A DNA stretch of 64,000 nucleotides from an uncultured Candidatus Bathyarchaeia archaeon. GTDB lineage: Archaea; Thermoproteota; Bathyarchaeia; Bathyarchaeales; DTEX01. The stretch covers positions 10,910 to 74,909 of the forward strand of contig CAZDRE010000008.1 of the NCBI GenBank assembly GCA_964508155.1, read 5' to 3'. The notes under the pieces are model-generated. The model was not told where the DNA came from. It did not search any database and saw nothing but the letters and a program-made list of their open reading frames with translations. The position numbers and the translations under genes were made by a program. Shown piece by piece: positions 58,194 through 64,000 of the stretch. Within the stretch, counting starts at the first letter, position 1, and the number at the start of each line of letters is the position of its first letter.

Positions 58194-59714
58194 TTATGCA
58201 GGCTCACTTATCTTCTTACCTGTTCTCTCCATCCACTCGCGAATTGGTATGGCGAATTTCTTCTCAACATCGCTTCTGTAGAGGCTGTTGTATGTGCAGA
58301 AGGATCTCACCTTACCATCGGGGGTTGCATAGTGTATTGCGCATCTTTGAACCCTATCGAGATCCATGTTCCATACATCTTGAAAGTGCATTATCCCGAT
58401 CATGATTACCTTATGCATTAAAGATGCGAGGGCTTCCATGCTTCCCTTAGTTACTATATCTTTCACTAAGCCCCTTACGAGATCAGATTTTATCATTGGC
58501 AGAAGCTTCAGTATCTCAGCCTTGGCCCTCGTCCTTCTGCCCTTAACTCCGAGGTAATATATATTCCAGAAGATATCCGCGAATTTGTCTACATCAACAT
58601 ACCTCGTTATGGGCGTGTAAGAGCCGTTCTCGACGACTATGAAGGTTGAGGCCCCGCACATTGGGTGCATAGTGAACTCCGGGTAGGCCCTACTCTTTAA
58701 TATCTCCATTCCCTTCGCTACTGGAACGGGCCAATTTACGGGCCTCCAGTCCTCCGCTAGAATCTTCCTTCCAGTCTGTTCCTCTATCAGCCTAATCGCA
58801 TCTGGAATAGTTATGCGTAGTCTTCTCATCTCCTCTTTACGTGCCCTTCCAGCCATTGAGATCGGCTGGATATTCACGCATCTGACTACATCCGAGTTTT
58901 TTACGGCATACTCGATTATGTCTCCTAAGTCCTTGTCATTCACTTCCTTTGCAAGCGTAACTACGAGGACTATCGATCTTAATCCGATCTTCCTTGCATT
59001 CTCTAAGACCTTCTCCTTTATCGGCACTAAATCTCCTCTTCCTCTTAGCTTCTTGTAGATCTCTTCTCTTAAGCCGTCAAATTGGAGATAAAGCGTGTTC
59101 ATTCCAGCCTCGTAGAGGCTTCGGAAGTAATCTAAATCCTCAGCGAGCCTCAACCCGTTAGTGTTCACTTCGATATGACTCATTCCGGCCTTTCTCGCTT
59201 CCCGGATGAGATCTGGCAGGTCATCCCTTAATGTCGGCTCTCCACCGCTGAATTGAAGCGAATTACAGGGCCAAGGCCCATTTGACCTTAAAAGCTTTAT
59301 CATCTCAACTATCTGCTCGTATGTGGGTTCATAGACGTAGTTTGCGGCTCCAGCGTAGGCGAAGCATATAGGGCATGCCATGTTACATCTGTTAGTGACA
59401 TCTATTATGCCTAGGATCGTGTGGGTTTTATGCTGTGGGCATAAGCCACAGTCATAGGGGCATCCCTTCTCAATCTTGGTCAGCGGCTCCTCCACGCCTG
59501 AGCCTACATACCTCGCGGAATACCAATTCTTATAGAACCACTTATATAGTTCAGCGTCGCCCCAATATACATCCTCGAATTTACCATGTTCTGGGCAGTT
59601 CTTCTCGAGGTATATCACCCCGTCTTCCTCATAGATCCTCATGGGAACCCTTCTCAGACATACAGGACATATACTTGAGGAGTAAATCACGAATTTACCT
59701 TCATGCTCCTCCAT
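58194..59714 (-). CDS. tes: Radical SAM tetraether lipid synthase (Tes/GDGT-MAS, MJ0619 family)
   Basis: N-terminal CPVC..CPEH, CPYDCGLC, radical SAM CNMACPIC, YLQFDG, HPMCG, C-terminal RCAIHY..FC. Confidence 0.88.
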   Translation of the reverse strand: MEEHEGKFVIYSSSICPVCLRRVPMRIYEEDGVIYLEKNCPEHGKFEDVYWGDAELYKWFYKNWYSARYVGSGVEEPLTKIEKGCPYDCGLCPQHKTHTILGIIDVTNRCNMACPICFAYAGAANYVYEPTYEQIVEMIKLLRSNGPWPCNSLQFSGGEPTLRDDLPDLIREARKAGMSHIEVNTNGLRLAEDLDYFRSLYEAGMNTLYLQFDGLREEIYKKLRGRGDLVPIKEKVLENARKIGLRSIVLVVTLAKEVNDKDLGDIIEYAVKNSDVVRCVNIQPISMAGRARKEEMRRLRITIPDAIRLIEEQTGRKILAEDWRPVNWPVPVAKGMEILKSRAYPEFTMHPMCGASTFIVVENGSYTPITRYVDVDKFADIFWNIYYLGVKGRRTRAKAEILKLLPMIKSDLVRGLVKDIVTKGSMEALASLMHKVIMIGIMHFQDVWNMDLDRVQRCAIHYATPDGKVRSFCTYNSLYRSDVEKKFAIPIREWMERTGKKISEPA

Positions 59715-59821
59715 TGTGATCCATCCAGTTCTTAGATAAACAATTATCTTAGGTTACCTAATATAAATAGTTAGGATAAATTCTGACATCTACATGGATT
59801 TGGTTTATGCTCTATGCTGTA

Positions 59822-59840
59822 AGTTATAAAAAAGGGCGGC
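59822..59840 (-). terminator. Oligo-T terminator downstream of alba
   Basis: Minus strand GCCGCCCTTTTTTAT about 25 nt after the stop. Confidence 0.5.
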
Positions 59841-59865
59841 GACCTGAAATCTTTGCGGCTTTGGC

Positions 59866-60150
59866 TTAGTGCGTTAGGACTATCTCGATCGTGCTTAAGT
59901 TTCTGGGAGTTGAAGATCCTTCCTCCTCCTTCGGTTGAATTTGCTCTGTTCCAATGTTTATCTCTTTAATCTTGAGGTCTGGCATGAATCTCTTCCGGAG
60001 TATCTCGGCTACGTCTACTGCTCTGCTTATTGCTCTTCCTCTGGCTTTTATGCTGACTTCTTTTGCTCCGCTGTGGAATAGTGTTATGCATGCTAGGACG
60101 TAGTTCATTATTGGCTTTTTGCCTATAAGCACAGAATTCGCCTCAGACAT
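59866..60150 (-). CDS. albA: Chromatin protein Alba
   Basis: [32 protein letters not shown]. Confidence 0.96.
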   Translation of the reverse strand: MSEANSVLIGKKPIMNYVLACITLFHSGAKEVSIKARGRAISRAVDVAEILRKRFMPDLKIKEINIGTEQIQPKEEEGSSTPRNLSTIEIVLTH

Positions 60151-60274
60151 ACCTCTGTCACCTCAGTCTTTGATTAGTTTTCATACGCATATTAATAAGT
60201 CTTGGGGTTAAAGGATATATGTGACTTAGCAGATTAACATTAATTTTCTGAGTATTGCTCCTTGAAGTATGGGA

Positions 60275-61240
60275 TTATCTTTTCTCCGCAGATTTCGGAG
60301 TTAACATTCCATCCTGGCTTCCATCAGCCCAAACAATATAGTTTACTCCGGCCTTTATGTAGGCTTCAAACCCATCTATTAGATCATCGGGGTTTGATAC
60401 TATATTGGACGACCTAAAGAGCATGTAGTCGCTTACCTCGCTGAAGCGCCTCCCAATAACTCTTGGATCATAGATTTTATGGTAACATTCTGGTATTAAT
60501 AGGCCGCCGTATCTCAGCGCGGCCTCCAAGGCCTTCTCAATGTCTGGATGATAGAATTTGAGATCCATGCGATCTTATCCATCTTCGACGGGGTCCCTAC
60601 CAGCCTTCTTTGCAGCATCCTCGAATATTGGAGTTAGGTGATCTCTATATTGCTGAGGAGTCATGTTGACTGATATGAATCCGTCGCAGATCTCCTCTGC
60701 AATTCTGAACATTCTACGGCCATTAGTTGCGCAGTATATCGGCATAGGCTTTTTAGACTTGTCGTAGAGGTAAAATAATGAGTTGAAGATTTTCCTCTAA
60801 AGTGGAAGTAATCACGGCTCTCCTAGCATATCCTTATTAGTTTGGTGGCCTCCCTAACCCTATCAACCCTTCTCACGTGGACTGAATCAGACCGCAGTTG
60901 CCGCCCTCCCATTCATCGCTTCTACAGCGGCAAAGTTAATGCTACGCGGTTTAGATGCGGATTTGCCATAGTAGCTAATGCCAAGACCGCATCTACAGGT
61001 TGCCTCCTAATTCCGATCGGCGGAGCCAAGCCGACAACCGTGATCTTCTCGGTCGCCTGTGGGTAAGCCTCAAGGATGACCATAACGTCTGAGCAGTGGC
61101 CATTGGTTATGATACCACGGAAGTATGTGATCCCCTCTCAAAGCGCGTCGAAGCCAGCCCGCTTGCATAAGATCGCCTTTCTGATAGGGCTGAGGGGGCA
61201 TACTCAACTATATCTGGGGATACCCAAACTTGACAATCAT
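60275..61240 (-). pseudogene. Frameshifted LLM-class (F420-dependent, G6PDH-like) oxidoreductase pseudogene
   Basis: MIVKFGY start, GDHILPWYH, LYDK...PIYCA..G.RM..IAEEICDG, AAKKAGRDP spread over several frames with internal stops. Confidence 0.75.
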
Positions 61241-61363
61241 AACTTCCAAGATAAAATTTCTTGTTTTGGCTTTATATTTTGAGTCGTTCAGTATTACTTT
61301 TTTAATTAAAAGTAATACTTATATATTCCAGCCAATCCATATATTGCTCGTTGGTGGTCTGAA

Positions 61364-62332
61364 ATGCGTAGAGGATCGTTGCTGTTGGTATCGGCGCTCC
61401 TTATTCTCTTTGTTTGCGGTTTCAGTTCCGCTTATGTCTCTGGATTTGGCCGTTCTATTATTAGTGATGAGCCTTCGGTTGTTTGCACAACTACTGTTCT
61501 GTCAAGTGTAGTTGCGGATCTGGCCGGTGATCTCGTCTCTGTCGATGTTATTTCGTCTCCTGCTGTTTGCCCAGCGCATTATGATGTTAGGCCAAGTGAT
61601 GTTGAGGCCTTCAGAAACGCAGATCTAATATTGGCTCATGGATTTGAGCCCTGGGTTGATGAGCTTAAGAGAGCCTCTGGGAGCGAGGCTCCGATCGTTA
61701 GGATTAGAGGAGCTTGGAATAGCCCGAAGGCGCTTAGGCAGATTTACATTAAGGTTTCAGAGGCTCTTAGAGATAATCTGGGAATAAACGTTTCTGATAG
61801 ACTAAGCAGGGCCTTGAGGGGCATAGACTCCCTAGAGTCCTGGCTTAAGAGAGTATCCGAGGAGAATCATTTTGTGGATAAGCCAGTTGTGTGCATGCTA
61901 TTCCAGAAGGGATTCGTGAGCTCACTTGGCTTTAGAATAGTTGCCGTTTACGGCCCGCCTGAGAAGGTCTCAGCTAAGCAATACGAGGCTGTAATTAAGA
62001 ACGGAACTGCACACCATGCTATCTTGGTAATCGATAATGTTCAGAGCGGAACTGATCTCGGCAGGAAGATAGCGTCCGAGATTGGTGCGGTTGAGGTTGC
62101 CTTAACAAACTTCCCTCAGACAGCGCCTAAACTGAATAATATGACTCAAGTGATGAAATGGAACGTTCAGAGGATCATTGATGCCCTTGAGAATGCAGAG
62201 TTGATGGCTGAAGTATCCAGTTTGAAGGGGCAGATTGAGACTTGGAGAACCGCGGCGATAGCAACGCTGATAGCGGCGGCTTTGGAGGTCATCATCATAG
62301 CCGCCCTGCTCATGAGAGTTAGGAGACGATAG
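61364..62332 (+). CDS. Metal ABC transporter substrate-binding protein (ZnuA/TroA family) with C-terminal TM anchor
   Basis: Signal peptide, VVCTTTVL, PAHYDVRPSD, ADLILAHGFEPW; C-terminal TM + RVRRR. Confidence 0.85.
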   Translation: MRRGSLLLVSALLILFVCGFSSAYVSGFGRSIISDEPSVVCTTTVLSSVVADLAGDLVSVDVISSPAVCPAHYDVRPSDVEAFRNADLILAHGFEPWVDELKRASGSEAPIVRIRGAWNSPKALRQIYIKVSEALRDNLGINVSDRLSRALRGIDSLESWLKRVSEENHFVDKPVVCMLFQKGFVSSLGFRIVAVYGPPEKVSAKQYEAVIKNGTAHHAILVIDNVQSGTDLGRKIASEIGAVEVALTNFPQTAPKLNNMTQVMKWNVQRIIDALENAELMAEVSSLKGQIETWRTAAIATLIAAALEVIIIAALLMRVRRR

Positions 62333-62399
62333 AGCGGCAGCTAAGTTAATACGATGAACATCATTTTTATTTTTGGGATTGAGCCGCAGAGGATTGGCT

Positions 62400-63101
62400 A
62401 TGCGTTTTTCGGAGGAGGTTGTGAAGCTTAAGGATGTGTGGGTTGCCTACTCTGGATCAGATAGGCCTGCTATGTGCAACATAAACTTGACCGTTCCGCT
62501 GGGTAGGTTGGTATTGATCACTGGACCTAACGGTGCTGGAAAGACAACTCTGATAGAGACTTGTTTAGGCCTGCTGAAGCCATTTAGGGGCAATGCTTAC
62601 CTCTTCGGAGTGGATACTAGGAGCTGGAGGATAAGACATGCCAGGAGGATGTGTGGTTTTGTTCCTCAGGACTTCATGAAGCCTCCGTTTGAAGCGTATA
62701 CTGTGAGGCGCGTTATACGTTTGGGCTTTGCGCCTTACAAGTCGATCTTTGAATCCCTAACTGAGGATGAGGATAGTAGGATTAGACGGGTCTCCGAGCT
62801 CCTTGAGATCGAGGATCTTCTCGATAGGCCTATAGGAACTTTGAGTGGTGGACAGCAGCAGAGGGCAGTTATCGCCCGCGCCCTCGTTAGGAAGCCTAAG
62901 GCGCTCTTTCTGGATGAACCTTTCTCAAGCCTTGACAGGGAGGGTAGAAGGTTGATCTCAAAGGTTGTTAGGGAGTATGTAAGCGCTGAGGAAGCCTCTG
63001 TGATCATAGTTAGCCATGACGTGAATCCGATAATCGATTATGCCGATATAGTCGTTAGGATGGAGAATGGCAGGATAGTCTCAGGTGAGGGTTATGCTTG
63101 A
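62400..63101 (+). CDS. Metal ABC transporter ATPase (ZnuC-like)
   Basis: GPNGAGKTT, LSGGQQQR, LDEP, SHD. Confidence 0.9.
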   Translation: MRFSEEVVKLKDVWVAYSGSDRPAMCNINLTVPLGRLVLITGPNGAGKTTLIETCLGLLKPFRGNAYLFGVDTRSWRIRHARRMCGFVPQDFMKPPFEAYTVRRVIRLGFAPYKSIFESLTEDEDSRIRRVSELLEIEDLLDRPIGTLSGGQQQRAVIARALVRKPKALFLDEPFSSLDREGRRLISKVVREYVSAEEASVIIVSHDVNPIIDYADIVVRMENGRIVSGEGYA

Positions 63102-63921
63102 GTTTCTTGGTTTAGCCCTGTTGGCTGCTGTTCTCAGTGGGAACCTATGCGGTGCAATAGGCTTTTACGTGCAGAGGCTTAGGATCACAACTTTGAGTTT
63201 CAGCGTTGCCCACGCCGCATTGGCAGGCGCATCAATAGGCTTAATTCTAAATCTTGACCCCGTCTATTCGGCTATGATAGTCGCCGTGGCTTCGGCTCTG
63301 ATCTTAGGCATGATCTTCGCGAGGATCGAGTATGGAAGGGAATTGATTAGTATGGCTGTCTTCTCCGCTTCTTCGGCGGTAGCGATCTTCGCGATATACA
63401 TGTCTAATGTGAGGGTTTTGGCCACTGCCTCGATAGCTGTGGTCTTATGGGGAAGCCTGTTGGCTATAACTTTTGAGAAGCTGATACTTCTCCTGCTCAC
63501 GCTATTCATGTTCGTGCTGTATATTATCGCCTACAGGATTCAGATAGATTCTATGCTCTATGACGTTAAAATGGCTGAGGCTGAGGGGGTAAATGTTCAG
63601 ATGCACATGCTGATAATGCTATTCTTCGCCGGGCTGATAATATCTTCGTCGCTTAGGCTTACAGGCGGATTCCTAGTCTTCACGCTCCTATACAATCCTG
63701 TGGCGGCCTCATTCCAGATATCCAGAAAAGCGCATATGCAACTGTTGGCTTCGTCGATTCTAGGGGCTGCTTCGGCCTCTTCCGGGCTTTTAGTGAGTTA
63801 CACTCTTGATTGGCCTGTTGGGGCGACTATAGCGATAGTCTCATCCATCATCTTATTGTCGGCTTACATGACGAAGGTTCTATTTGAGGCTTTTAGGAGG
63901 AGACGCTTAAGTCGACCCTAA
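63085..63921 (+). CDS. Metal ABC transporter permease (ZnuB-like)
   Basis: AHAALAG, LWGSLL, AEAEG, PVGATI; multiple TM helices. Confidence 0.9.
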   Translation: MRVMLEFLGLALLAAVLSGNLCGAIGFYVQRLRITTLSFSVAHAALAGASIGLILNLDPVYSAMIVAVASALILGMIFARIEYGRELISMAVFSASSAVAIFAIYMSNVRVLATASIAVVLWGSLLAITFEKLILLLLTLFMFVLYIIAYRIQIDSMLYDVKMAEAEGVNVQMHMLIMLFFAGLIISSSLRLTGGFLVFTLLYNPVAASFQISRKAHMQLLASSILGAASASSGLLVSYTLDWPVGATIAIVSSIILLSAYMTKVLFEAFRRRRLSRP

Positions 63922-64000
63922 CGCTTTTTTGCTATTATCATCTTCGAGTCGAGCGGGCACTCCGCCCCTGAGATCGTGAGACATGAGAATTGCTGAGAGT

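Noticed and set aside
109-63509. Numerous 60-156 aa antisense or alternate-frame ORFs in the track (e.g. 36118-36588, 24547-24927, 50650-51081)
   Set aside because: They lie within well-supported genes, have Ser/Ile/Pro-rich shadow composition and show no motifs.
63919-64000. 3' end of a minus-strand gene entering from the right edge
   Set aside because: Too short to choose a frame or assign a product.

Overview
Archaeal chromosomal window with GGTGA/GGAGG Shine-Dalgarno sites and gene content typical of the TACK archaea. It is most consistent with Bathyarchaeia, though this is an inference. Contents in order: (i) a replication/repair block with a family B DNA polymerase, DnaG, a small Toprim protein, DUF99, GINS, MCM and Hel308; (ii) mixed metabolic and housekeeping genes (sulfatase-like, FdhD-like, macrodomain, split COG2187/AAA_33 kinase pair, LacD-type aldolase, RtcB, XPF, H+-PPase, SelA-like PLP enzyme, nadX-nadC, trm1); (iii) an AT-rich decayed patch and palindromic operator-like array ahead of a hypothetical/GT2/PqqD trio; (iv) a RACo corrinoid activator and a sugar-acid catabolic operon; (v) a type IV pilus locus next to TrmB, a SecB-like protein, a MoxR AAA+/VWA pair and two coiled-coil hypotheticals; (vi) Dus-like, DUF72-SWIM, tetraether synthase (Tes), Alba, an LLM oxidoreductase pseudogene and a metal ABC transporter. 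No rRNA, tRNA, CRISPR array, intein or transposase was recognised. Highlights: the PolB has all three proofreading motifs substituted while its polymerase motifs are intact; the pilus locus may carry its own chaperone/regulatory module; and dnaG and nadX can only be full length if they start at CTG and ACG respectively.
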